NCBI RefSeq assembly: GCF_964213995.1
Contig: NC_135806.1
Span: forward strand, 79,794,001 to 79,858,000
Reading direction: 5' to 3'
Length of the DNA: 64,000 bases
DNA from: Mustelus asterias
Taxonomy: Eukaryota
Below the pieces are notes generated by a model that had not been told where the DNA came from, ran no database searches, and worked only from the letters and a program-made list of their open reading frames with translations. A program made the position numbers and the translations under genes. This document shows positions 24,576 through 36,905 of the stretch, piece by piece; positions within the stretch are counted from its first letter, which is position 1, and each line of letters opens with the position of its first letter.

Positions 24576-25442
24576 GACTGAAATGTCACAAGAGAGGGCA
24601 CAAGAAAATGTTTTTTTTTTTGCTTTTCTAATAGACCAAGTGGAACAGAGGTTCTCCTTTACTCTCCATAAGGAAGTCCTGAAGTACTGAGTCGTCCTCA
24701 TACCCATCCATTCTCAACCACTTACCCCATTGCTGGCAAGTGTTTATTTGGGTCTTCGGCAGTGATTTGCAGTCACTTAAAATCTTGCTCATGAGAACTG
24801 GCGATCTTAGGTTTTTTGCCAGCTTCAGGTAGAAGGCTTTGAGCAAGCATGTGGATGATGCCTGGGTCTTAAAATCACACAGGCTTCACACTGCAGGAAA
24901 CCAGATGATTTACCATTAGCTTCAATTCTCATCTGCCCGATTCCAATATGGAGTTCAAAATTCAGCTAATCTGTATCCATCCTCTTATACCATGCTCAGA
25001 TCATGCCTTAATCTCCTCTGTTCTAACAAAAACAACCCAGTTGCGATGTTTGGATTAGTTTTGAATAGCTACAGCCAAGAGCTAACACAAATTTACTCCA
25101 TCTTTTTAAGGCTCTTTATACATATGTTGTTGATGTCAAAATAATTTTGCATTGGTGCTTGATAGATGATCTTCTTAACCTCACCAGATCCTTCTCCTTG
25201 TGATAGTTGAGGCCTACTCTACTTCTTTCTTCATTACATAGCTGAAAAGAAGGTGATTATCTCAATATCTTTCAAAAAAATTGCTGCACATAATCATTTC
25301 AAGAAATTTCTGGATATGTTGTTTGTTAGTAGGAGAAATCATCTGAAATTTCAATAAACTCTGGTTTGAGTCCATTTCCACAGAGGTAACTACAGGTATA
25401 TATTACTTCTTGGTCCTTGAACAACTGGATATTGTTTCATTC

Positions 25443-25578
25443 TGTGGAGATGCCGGCGTTGGACTGGGGTGAACACAGTAAGTAGTCTCACAACACCAGG
25501 TTAAAGTCCAACAGGTTTATTTGGTGCTACCAAATAAACCTGTTGGACTTTAACCTGGTGTTGTGAGACTTCTTACTG
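25443..25578. mobile_element. Penelope family A mini fold-back
   Basis: Tail on the left; 50-bp arms at 25476-25525 and 25529-25578; TSD tattgtttca. Confidence 0.9.
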
Positions 25579-26523
25579 TATTGTTTCACTCAACAGGACT
25601 TCCTTTTTCCATTTGTGGTTCATCAGCACCATGGACCAAAATAACAGCCACTTACTCCAAAGTTTCACATCTTCCGAAGTCCTTCAGGGATTGGAGAAAT
25701 TTCAAAAAAGGTAAATGCAACCAACTGTATTGAAAAGATAATCAGTAGACTTGATTTTTTGCAATAAAAAGTTTCACTTTTGGCAGTTTGGACAGATAAT
25801 AATCAATGGTTTGAAGTGATTGAATTATACTTTGAAGGTTCTGGTACATAATCTTTGGATCAATAAACAAGTGAAATTTATTATTTCCTTTGTTTTTGGC
25901 CATTGAACAAACTTAATGAGTTAGATTTTAAGCTGTGCAAGAACTCTTCTTTCAACAGATTCTTGTTAAATTCTTGCATCTTCAGCTATAGATAGTTTTC
26001 AAACATATTGGTGAAGCTCTGGAGTTAACTCAAAAAAGCAGGACACTTTCTACCTTCTCTTTGAAGACATCTGATTACTTAGTAATTACATATTCTTTTA
26101 TCACATTTAATGAAACATCCATCATAATGTTCTCATGATGCACTGGTTGAATATATTGAACGACTTCAGTCTATATCGATTTGACATGACAGCTGAACTT
26201 CACCATAACAAACTCCAGCCTCCTCCTCCAAACAGAGTTTGCTGGGTGGCCTCCCTGGATGACAAGCCCCTGTCCACCACTGATTAAATACCAGCGAAGG
26301 CAGATGAAGCCCTCAACAGCTACTCAGGGACCCCAAGTTCACTTCCAGGCAAGAAGACTATCCACAAGGCTTCCCACCCTGGACATAATTGGAGGGAGGT
26401 GAAAAGCAAGAATATCTCCACCCACACAGTTGCGCCCCCCCCCCCCCCCCCCCCCCCCAAAAAAAAATTCATTTCTGGAATGGGGCATTAAAGTCTGCAC
26501 ATTGTATTGTACTCAGTCCAGGT

Positions 26524-27595
26524 TATAGGGTCATAGAGGTTTACAGCATGGAAACAGGCCCAACTTGTCCAAGCAGCCCTTTTTTTTAAAAAACCCCTAA
26601 TCTAATCCCAATTGCCCGCATTTGGCCCATAACCCTCTATACCCATCGTACCCATATAACTATCTAAATGCTTTTTAAAGACAAAATTGTACCCGCCTCT
26701 ACTACTACTTCTGGCAGCTGTTCCAGACACTCACCACACTCTGTGTGAAACAATTGCCCCTCTGGACACTTTTGTATCTCTCCCCTCTCACCTTAAACCT
26801 ATGCCCTCTAGTTTTAGACTCCCCTACCTTTGGGAAAAGATATTGGCTATCTACCTTGTCTATGCCCCTCATTATTTTATAGACCTCTATAAGGTCACCC
26901 CTCAGCCTCCTACGCTCCAGAGAAAAAAGTCCCAGTCTATTCAGCCTCTCCTTATAGCTCAATCCGTCAAGTCCCGGTAGCATCCTGGTAAATCTTTTCT
27001 GCACTCTTTCTAGTTTAATAATGTCCTTTCTATAATAGGGTGACCAGAATTGCACACAGTATTCCAAGTGTGGCCTTACCAATGTCTTGTACAACTTCAA
27101 CAAGACGTCCCAACTCCTGCATTCAGTGTTCTGACCGATGAAACCAAGCATGCCAAATGCCTTCTTCACCACTCTGTCCACCTGTGACTCCACTTTCAAG
27201 GAGCTATGAACATGTACCCCATGATCTCTTTGTTCTGTAACTCTCCCCAACGCCCTACCATTAACTGAATAAGTCCTGCCCTGGTTCAATCTACCAAAAT
27301 GCATCACCTCGCATTTGTCTAAGTTAAACTCCATCTGCCATTCGTTAGCCCACTGGCCCAATTGATCAAGATCCCATTGCAATTGGAGATAACTTTCTTC
27401 ACTGTCCACTATGCCCCCAATCTTGGTGTCATCTACAAACTTACTAACCATGCCCCCTATATTCTCATCCAAATCATTAATATAAATGACAAATAACAGT
27501 GGGCCCAGCACTGATCCCTGAGGCACACCGCTGGTCACAGGCCTCCAGTTTGAAAAACAACTCTCTTCAACCACCCTCTGGCTTCTGTTAAGAAG
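26524..27595 (-). mobile_element. CR1 (HER1-like) LINE 3' part
   Basis: ORF 26705-27574 with [10 protein letters not shown] and FVDD; 3' UTR present. Confidence 0.95.
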
Positions 27596-28711
27596 GTTCT
27601 GTCAACAGGTTCATCCTGTTAGCTGTAATAGGGCTAATTTTCAGTGATAATTGGAACTTGACATTGGAATCATTAAAACTATCAGTTTATTATAAGCAGG
27701 GTTTCTTATATTGAAAGGATCTGCTATGTAATATTCAATACCGTAATTCTTGATTTTTTTTAAATGTTGTGCTTTCTTCACTGTCTTAACTTCTGCAATA
27801 TTGAATACGCGCATGAAAGTCCATTGATTTAAATAAATCTTCAATATTTATGCTCCTATAGAGCATTGATTGTGGTATCACAGTCTAGTTGAAATCTGAC
27901 TTGCATCTTGTCTGTCAAAAGGGAGTAAAGGAATATATAGGACAAAGGCAGGTAAATGTAATTAGAACAATTTCTTCTCATAGAGAGGAAATGTTGAAAC
28001 AAATTGAACCAATTTTAGTTTCTTTCGTGAGATTTTGAATTATTAGATTTATTAGAGTTGTTTGTCGAAGACACAAGCATGCTGAATAAAGGGAAACAGG
28101 ATGTAGATGTGGAGTTTAAAAAGGCATTTGATAATGTACCACAGAGCTTAACACAAGATAAGAGTATATGGTGTAGGAAGTAACATGGTGTAGGATTGGT
28201 TATCTAACGGCAAGTAGAGAGTAGGGTTAAATGGGTCATTTTCTTATTAGCAAGCTGTAACTGTGGGATGCCACAGGGGTCAATACTGGGACCTCAATTA
28301 TTTACAAGTTATATTAATGACTTGGATGAAGGGACCGAATGTATGGCAGCTAAATTTTCTGATATCCACCAAGATAGATAGGAAAGTAAGTAGTCAAAAA
28401 AAGGTAAGAAAAGGAATATAGACAGGTTAAGTAAGTGGGTAAAAACTTTGGCATGTGGAATATAATGTGGAAAAATGTGAAATTGTCTATTTTGGCAGGA
28501 AGAATAGAAAAGCAGTATACTATTTAAATTGTGAAATTGCAGAGTCCGGTGTCATACAGGGGTCTGTGTATCCTAGTACATGAATCAGAAAAGGTTAGTA
28601 TGCAGGTACAGAAAGTGATTAGGAAGCCAAGTAGAATGCTTATTACACAGGAAATGGAATATAAAAGTAAGGAAGTTTTACTTTAGCTACACAGGGCCTC
28701 GTTGAGATTAA

Positions 28712-28836
28712 GGGCAGAATTTTACGGCCTCGCTCGAGCAAGACCAGAAATTCCTACCTGAGGTCAATGGACATTTCTGTTGCCCGGCTCTCATCCACCC
28801 TGATTCCATTGTGAGTGGAGCGGTAGAATTCCGGCA
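28712..28836. mobile_element. MITE-like element
   Basis: gggcagaatttt...agaattccggc termini; internal cctgaggtcaatggac shared with the 18832 copy. Confidence 0.65.
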
Positions 28837-29096
28837 CATATTTGGAATACTGTGTACAGTTTTGGTCTCCTTTTTTGAAAAACAAATCTAATTACATTAA
28901 AAGCAAATCAAAGGAGCATCTATTGGTTCATTACTGGGATTAAGGTCTTACCTTAAGAAAGGTTGAACAAGTATTGCCTATACCTACTGGAGCTTAGAAG
29001 AATGAGAGGTGATTTTATTGAAACATATATGGTCCTGAGAGAGTTTGATAGGTTGATATCAGAAGAATGTTTCCTCCTGTGGGGGAAATTAGAACT

Positions 29097-30294
29097 CAGT
29101 AAGAAGTCTAACAACACCAGGTTAAAGTCCAACAGGTTTATTTGGAAGCAAAAGCCACTAGCTTTCGGAACAGGCTGTTCCTTCGTCAGGTGGGTGGGAG
29201 CTCTGATCACAAACAAGGCACAAAGACACAAACTCAGTTTACATGAATAATGATTGGAATGTGAGTCTTTACAGCTAATCAAGTCTTAAAGGTACAGACA
29301 ATGTGAATGGAGGGAGCATTAAGCACAGGTTAAAGAGATGTGTATTGTCTCCAGACAGGACAGCTAGTGAGATTTTGCACATCCAGGCAGGTTGTGGGGG
29401 TTACAGATTGTGTGACATGAACCCAATATCCCGGTTGAGGCCATCCTCATGTGTGCAGAACCTGGCTATCAGTCTCTGCTCAGCGACTCTGCGCTGTCGT
29501 GTGTCGTGAAGGCCGCCTTGGAGAACGCTTACCCGGAGATCAGAGGCTGAATGCCCGTGACCGCTGAAGTGCTCCCCAACAGGAAGAGAACAGTCTTGCC
29601 TGGTGAATATCAAGCGGTGTTCATTCATCCATTGTCATAGCATCTGCATGGTTTCCCCAATGTACCATGCCTCGGGTACATTGTACATGGTATTTTGGGG
29701 AAACCATGCAGACGCTACGACAACGGATGAATGAACACCGCTCGACAATCACCAGGCAAGACTGTTCTCTTCCTGTTGGGGAGCACTTCAGCGGTCATGG
29801 GCATTCAGCCTCTGATCTCCGGGTAAGCGTTCTCCAAGGCGGCCTTCACGACACACGACAGCGCAGAGTCGCTGAGCAGAGACTGATAGCCAGGTTCCGC
29901 ATACATGAGGATGGCATCAACCGGGATATTGGGTTCATGTCACACAATCTGTAACCCCTACAACCTGCCTGGATGTGCAAAATCTCACTAGCTGTCCTGT
30001 CTCAAGACAATACACATCTCTTTAACCTGTGCTTAATGCTCCCTCCACTCACATTGTCTGTACCTTTAAGACTTGATGAGCTGTAAAGTCTCACATTCCA
30101 ATCATTTTTCATGTAAATTGAGTTTGTGTCTTTGTGCCTTGCTTGTGATCAGAACTCCCACCCACCTGACGAAGGAACAGCCTATTCCGAAAGCTAGTGG
30201 CTTTTGCTACCAAATAAACCTGTTGGACTTTAACCTGGTGTTGTTAGACTTCTTACTGTGTTTACCCCAGTCCAACGCCGGCATCTCCACATCA
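29097..30294. mobile_element. Penelope-like element (family A) fold-back palindrome
   Basis: Arms 29097-29660 and 29695-30258 (564 bp) with a 34-nt scrambled centre. ORF 29667-29954 (YFGET..LRQRMNEH) is GIY-YIG. TSD ggaaattagaact. Confidence 0.93.
30162..30200 (+). ncRNA. Minimal hammerhead ribozyme (mirror at 29155-29193, minus strand)
   Basis: CCAC-CTGACGA-A-GGAA..TTCC-GAA-AGCT-A-GTGG. Stem I covaries relative to the 12751 copy (CCAT/ATGG vs CCAC/GTGG). Confidence 0.82.
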
Positions 30295-30971
30295 GGAAAT
30301 TAGAACTAGCAGACACAGTTTAAGAACAAGAAGTCTCCCTTTTAAAAGTAAGGAAGTTTTACTTTAGCTGCACAGGGCCTCGGTGAGATTAAGGGCGGAA
30401 TTTTATGGCCTTGCTCAACAGCGCTGAGGAGATTTTTCTTTCCTCTCAGCGGGTTATTAACATGTGGAATTCTCTTTCCCAGTGAGCAATAAATTGAATG
30501 TTGAATTTTTGATAGATAAGGGAGTTGAGGGTTATGAGGGGTAGACAGAAAAGTGGAGTTCAGGCCACAACTAGATTAGCCATGATTATATTGAATGACA
30601 GAGCAGGCCCGAAGGGATGAATGGACCACTCCTGTTCTTACGTTCCTATTCCCTTTTTTGAAACTTACCTGTAAAGTGGCAGCCATCGCTTTAGACCCCA
30701 CTGGCTACCAAATATTTTGCTCCCACTTGGTAGCCAGCTGCTCTTCCCATCATTTCAATGGGGCAACTGATTGGAGCATCCAAATGATGCCCAGGCATTA
30801 AAATTGTCTGGCTCTCATACTGCCAAAATCACCATTGTTCATCATCTATACCCACCCTGGGTTAAAATTGGGACCCCAAAGTTTTTCCAGCCTTCTCTCA
30901 GAACAGGTTCCATAAAATTAGGAACTGATTGTAGCACCACTTGCAGACATTAGCGATTCTCAGTAACTGAG

Positions 30972-31112
30972 TAACACTTTTCCGTCTGTCCCCCATAACC
31001 CTCAACTCCCTTGTCTATCAAAAATCTATCTAATTCAACCTTGAATAAATTCAATGACCCAGCCTCCATTGCTAACTGGCAAAGGGAATTCCACATGCTA
31101 ATAACCCCCCTC
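30972..31112 (-). mobile_element. Tail-less CR1 fragment flanked by ctcagtaactga direct repeats
   Basis: Inverted similarity to 30450-30555; 12-bp flanking duplication. Confidence 0.65.
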
Positions 31113-31189
31113 TGTAACTCAGTAACTGAAACTGGAGCTAGCCTTTATGGCGTAGTCTGACATTTTAATTCCTGGCTCCTAACATGACC

Positions 31190-31570
31190 TCTCTGTCCAA
31201 CACTGTTCAAATGAAGCTCCATGGAAGATTCTCATTTTTCAATTAGGCATTTTAACACTTTCTAAATTCAACAATGATCTTATTAATTTCAGACCATAAC
31301 CAGGGGTTGCTTTTCTTCAGGTGTTTGTAATGGTTCTCTTGTTGTCATTTATAGTTCCTCTGGACCTATCTTGCGCCATTACTATTTTGCCTTACACCAT
31401 TATTCATTTTCTCATTTAATTACTCCTGCTTATCATCCTCTAATAGACCTCCTGCGTGGTTCTTCCACCTCCTGCTGCTCTCCTCTTTTTCCATGTTTCT
31501 GTTCTTACTTAAAAGCAGATAAATCTCTAAATCTTCTCGTTTTAATGAGAACTCATAGACTTGGGGCCTC
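31190..31570 (+). mobile_element. Degenerate Penelope-like 3' region
   Basis: Decayed GIY-YIG C-terminal-like sequence followed by a pyrimidine-rich UTR resembling 52550-53050. Confidence 0.45.
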
Positions 31571-31659
31571 AACAAATTTATTCACAACTTTGACGATCAG
31601 ATAGAGAACCTTAAATCTTAGTTTGTCTTTGTAAACGAAAGGTATATTAATAGATAAAT

Positions 31660-32352
31660 GGATAAAACTGTGGCAAATGGGTTTCTATATAGGCAAGTGT
31701 CAGATCACTTACTTTGGAAGTGCCCAGGTACAGCAGGCAGTAAAGAAGGCAAATGGCATGTTGACCTTCATAGCAAGAGGATTTGAGTGTAGGAATAGGG
31801 ATGTTTTAGTGCAGTTGTATAGGGCATTGGTGAGGCCACACCTGAGTATTGTATACAGTTCTGGTGTCCTTATCTGAGGAAGGATGTCTTTGCTAAAGAG
31901 TGTGTACAGCAAAGCTTTACCAGACTGATTCCTGGGATGGTAGGTCTGTCATATGAGGAGACTAAGTTAGTTAGGATTATATTCATTGGAGTTTAGAAGA
32001 GAGGGAATCTCATAGAAACTTTAAAAAAATTCTAACAGGATTACACAGGGTAGATTCAGAAAGAACGTTCCCAATAGTAGAGGAGTCCAAAGCTAGGGGG
32101 GTCATCATTTAAGGATAAGGGATAAACCTTTTCGAACTGAGGTGAGGAGAAATTTCCTCATCCAGGCAGTGGTGAATCTGATTTCAAGGAGGAACTAGAT
32201 ATGGCTCTTGGGGCTAAAGGGATCAAAGGAAATGAGGGGAAGATGGGATCAGGATATTGAATTTGGTGATCAGCCATGATCAAATTGAATGGCAGAGCAG
32301 ACTTGAAGGGCTGGATGGCCTACTTCTGCTTCTATTTTCTATGTTTCTATGA
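31660..32352 (+). mobile_element. CR1 3' fragment
   Basis: QAVKKANGML..QLYRALVRPHL motif; tail ttctatgtttctatga. Confidence 0.88.
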
Positions 32353-32354
32353 AC

Positions 32355-33370
32355 CTCAAATGGATAGATCAGAATATATTTTAAATGATGAAAGTGGGAA
32401 GAGTGGTGCTTCAAGGAAACTTAGGGGATCATGTACATAGATTGTTAAATGTCATGTTCAGGTACAGAAAATAATTACAAAAGCTAATGGAATGCTGACT
32501 TTTATATTTAGAGGACTACAAGGAGGTAAAAATGAAGCTGCAGCTACATAATGCCCTGGTTAGACTGCACCTGGAGCACGTAGTAGTGGGGCACCACTAC
32601 ATAGGTAGGATATGTTGACCATGGAGGGAGTGCTGTGTAAATTTACCAGAATGATAGAAGGACTCCAAGAGTTACATTACGAAAAGCGAGTATAGGGCTA
32701 GTGTAGCATTCCCTGGAATTTAAAAAGTTAAGGGGTGATTTGATTGCAGTTTTAAAGATAATAAGTGGAACTGAAAGGCAGATAGAGAGAAACTACATGC
32801 ACTGGTTGAGGAGTCTGCAACTGAGAGACTTAAGTTATTGCCAGGTCTTTCAGAAGCAAAGATGAAAATCATTTCCACACATTAAGGAGGGTTTTATGAA
32901 GCCCACAAGAGTGGGAAATATGGCACTTAATGAGGTGGGATGTAAAATCTCGATTTCCTGACAGCTGGTTGAGATGCAGAGGTAAAATCAGTGGTGCATT
33001 TGAGGTATGTTGGGCCTCACGCCAGCCTGTGTTGGGTTCCCACTGGTGATACATTTGCATGCCATGAATATTCATTCACATAAAAGCTTTTTTTGATTAT
33101 GTTCTACCTTCAAAATAAGGTCAGTGGCGCACGAGAATCTCGGGGCATCCAGTTCATGTTTGTTTAGAGCTGGGCCAAAAGGATTGTGGATGTTTGGAAT
33201 TCTTCCCGACAAGCAACAATCCATTCTGGGTCAGTTGGTAATTTTAAATCTGAAATTCTTGACGTTTTGTTAACCAAAGGTACTATGGGATATGGGGCAA
33301 AACTGGGTATGTGGATACAGATTACAGATAAGCCATGATCTTACTGACAAGTTTACCCTTGTTCCTATAT
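32355..33370 (+). mobile_element. Ancient CR1 3' fragment with an internal insertion (~32930-33175)
   Basis: Degenerate KANGML and LVRLHLE motifs. Confidence 0.7.
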
Positions 33371-33689
33371 TGCTTCAAAACATTAAATCTGTTTCACAGG
33401 TGCTGCCTGACTTATTGAATATTTCCATCATTTTGAGTTTTAATTTTTTGTATTTCTGACTCCAGGTAGCCTCGTAGTAACCGATACTTGAACATTAATT
33501 CCTAGGCATTCTGTTCAGTAGATCCTTAAACTCAACTTCATTCCTGCAGCTTTATTTGCTGCTTCTTCCCCTTCAGCCAATTTTAATTTCCAGTTGCTGC
33601 CTTTCATATAGAAATTCAGTAAAATCTTTGCAGAAGTCAGCATAAAATAGGTCTAAAATCCTGAAGCACTTCAGGTAATCTGTGATGAA

Positions 33690-33940
33690 TTGCTCACTCC
33701 AGGCCGGTCAAAGTCCTCTCACTGTCTACAAGTCTATAACAGAACACTCACTATTACTTGGATGGGACCTGTTTTAATAATGCTCAACATCATCCAAGAC
33801 AGAGCAACTTGCTTGATTGGTACCCCTGCTACTTGACTCAATTGTCACCCTCTCCGCCACCAGTGGACAGTGACTACAGAATGAATGATATACAGGATGC
33901 ACTGTGGCAACTCACCAATGTTACTTCAACAGCACCTCCC
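33690..33940 (+). mobile_element. Old L2/CR1-like LINE 3' fragment
   Basis: caacatcatccaagacagagcaacttgcttgattgg, resembling the late ORF2 IQxxAxRLI motif. Confidence 0.45.
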
Positions 33941-35679
33941 TTCTTTGTAGTGTTTATGACTTTGTAGAATAGGAACATCATTCCAGTTACTTGGAGAGAT
34001 GTTGCCATTCTCCCATTGTCCCTTTGGCACATAAACTGGAGGGTAAAAATGCATTCATGCAAGTAGCATCATTTTGCATATCCTAATGGAAGTTTCATGC
34101 TCATAATGGCCACTATGAATGGATCAACTGGGAAATGTGATTTGACAGCAGCAAGTGTATGATCTATCTTTAACTTCACAAGCACCCTAATGCTGTGTAA
34201 GTGGTGTCTGCCACTTTAAGACAGTACATAGTGAATCACCTGACTTGAGGAACCAATGGAAACAAAGTGAGTGATCACACCATAGAGTGGAGTCTTCTCT
34301 CAGGCAGAATAATCGAGAACCCATGTTGTAAGCATGGAAAGACTGGAGCTACTGATCCAGGGCAGCTAAGGGAGTTCCCTTATCAATAAATACCTTTAAT
34401 TCCTAACAAAGCCTCAAATCTATTGACAATGTCATAACAGTTACAACACCTAATTCTTACCAATATCAACACTGGCGAAGTACTGGTCAAATATTTTGGA
34501 GTATAGACAGATGAGGGAAGGCCTTGGGGCAGAATTATTTGTGCACATTACCAGATAATCTGGTGAAGAATGAGAGAGACAACTTATAACTGTTCATCTG
34601 GTTGACTAGTTATCTATTGAGATAGATAATAGCAATCTCATGGCACCAATATATCTACACAATACATACTGTAGAGCTTAAAAGGATGGCTGATGTTCGT
34701 CACGCTCAACAGAGTGCAGCCAGAGTTTTGTGAATTACTGAAGTATTAAACTGCATTTCAGAGCATCTGCTCCCACCAAGCTAATGTGTCATATGAAACA
34801 TTTAACACATATATGCTGCTTTAAGGTAAATTTGAATGGTTTTACATATATAGAATAAAACGCAAATAAAATTGCTGATTATTTTTCATGTGCCCTCAAA
34901 TCTAACGACTTAATGGATGACTATGGTGATTATACTACAACGCAGCACCTTTAATTTTAAGTTCTTCAAATAAATAAGAGCGGTAGTTTTATTTCACTAT
35001 TTCTACACAGAGAAGCAGCTTTCCTGGTTGAGGTCTTTGTAAACTCATCACGTTACTTGGGAGTCTCAAGAGAAATCAAAGAGAACTTTCAGTGCATCAA
35101 ACTAGATGAGATTTTAATCTAGTACAGAGGATGATAAAACAAAGGGCTGAGCCTCAATGGGATGTGCTGAGTGGATGGGGATGGGGGTGAAGTTGCCATT
35201 TCCATTATGTTATGGAACTTTGAATTGACAACGTGTGTACTTATGCCTTGATAGATTCCCCACCCTGAAAACGGTGGGAAGAATCTTCCAGAACCCCCTC
35301 CATTCTGCCACTCCTCCCCAAAATGCTAGGAAACCCTTGACTGTACAATTAATTCAGCCAGTATCAAAAGATATGATATGACTTCCCATTGGCCTCCCTG
35401 GAGGGAAACTTTCCCCTTCCTGCCTCCGCCATGGGTCTTGCTCCCAGAATAGGGATCACAGCCCAGTCTGATTCAGCAGTCAGCAAGGGGATCAATCTAG
35501 CACAGGCCACAGCACAGGCAAGTCACCTACTGCTCTAATGGCAGTGTACAGGAGGTCTGACCCCTGTGCCAAGGGCATCAGTGAATGCGGGGTGGCTGGG
35601 TTGGGAGATGGTTGTTTTGGGATTTATTGGATGTAAGCAGGTTAAACCACAGACTGCTAACTCTATTGGAATAAAACAA

Positions 35680-36905
35680 GTCAACAAGGCTTTACAAAAA
35701 GGAAATCCTATTTGAAATATTTATTAGAGTTTTGAGGATGCAAATAGTCGGATAGATAAAGGGGGGCCAGTAGATGTGCTATATCTGGATTTCCAAAAGA
35801 CACAAAGGTCATGGAGCGGTGGGTAATATATTAGCATGGATAGAGGGTTGGTTAATGGACAGGAGGCAAAGATTGGACATCAACAGGGTATTTTTAAGTT
35901 GGCAAGTTGTGGCAAGTGGACTGCCGCAAGGATCAGTGCTGGGGCCTCATATTTACAATCTATATTATTGGCTTAGCTGAAAAAGCAGAGAATAATGAAC
36001 CTAAGTTGACTGATGATACAAGGCTAGGGGCAAAGTAAACTATAGGAGAGGAACACAGAGTAGCTGCAAAGAGATAGACAGGTTCAGATCATTGGTAGCA
36101 AGGTGGCAGATGGAGTATAATATGGGAAGTATAAAGTTATTCACTGGTTGTAAGAAAAGCCAAATAATTTTTATAAGATGTGAGACTTCTAAATGTTGAT
36201 GATTAGAGCCTTTTGTGTGCTCATATGAGGAACGCAGAAAGTTAGCATGTAGGTACAGTAAGTATTTGCCTTCATTGTAAGGGGATTGGAGTACAGGAAT
36301 AAAATTGTACAAATTGCTAAAATTGTACAAGGGTGTGGTGAGAATACATCTGGAATACAGTGTTCAATGACATTGGGAATGCTTTGCTCCAAGAAAGGAT
36401 ATTATTAAACTAGAAAGAGTGCAGAAAAGATTTAATAGGATGCTGCTAGGACTTGATGGTTTGAGTTGTAAGGAGAGGCTGGATAGACTGGGACATTTTT
36501 CTCTGGAGCATAGGAGGCTTAGGGGTGATCTTATACAGGTCAATAAAATAACGAGGGACATAGATCAGCTAGATAGTCAATATCTTTTCCCAAAAGTAGG
36601 GGGTCTAAAGCTAGAGGACATAGGTTTAAGGTGAGAGGGGAGAGATACAAAAGGGTTCAGAGTGGCAATTTGTTCCACACTGAGGGTGGTGAGTGTCTGG
36701 AACAAGCTGCCAGGTGTAGTAGAGGCGGGTACAATTTTGTCTTTTAAAAAGTGTCTAGACAATTACATGAGTAAGATGGCTATCGAGGGATATGGACCAA
36801 ATGTGGGCAATTGGGACTAGCTTGGTTGTTAAAAAAAAGGGCGGCATGAACAAGTTGGGTCAAAGGGCCTGTTTCCATGCTGTAAACCTCTATGACTCTA
36901 TGACT
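35680..36905 (+). mobile_element. Composite CR1: old RT part (35680-36380) joined to a younger HER1-like 3' end (36390-36905)
   Basis: [10 protein letters not shown] motif, then a switch to the aaggatattattaaactag family and its tail. Confidence 0.88.

Larger units (their letters stand above)
28080..30650 (+). mobile_element. Old CR1 interrupted by a MITE (28712-28836) and a Penelope palindrome
   Basis: Degenerate KAFD, PQGSILGP and LEYCVQFW motifs; the element resumes after 30295. Confidence 0.85.

Noticed and set aside
24726-24861. Minus-strand exon ending in a gtaagt donor
   Set aside because: The acceptor is weak, the peptide is unrecognised, and the context looks like a transposon relic.
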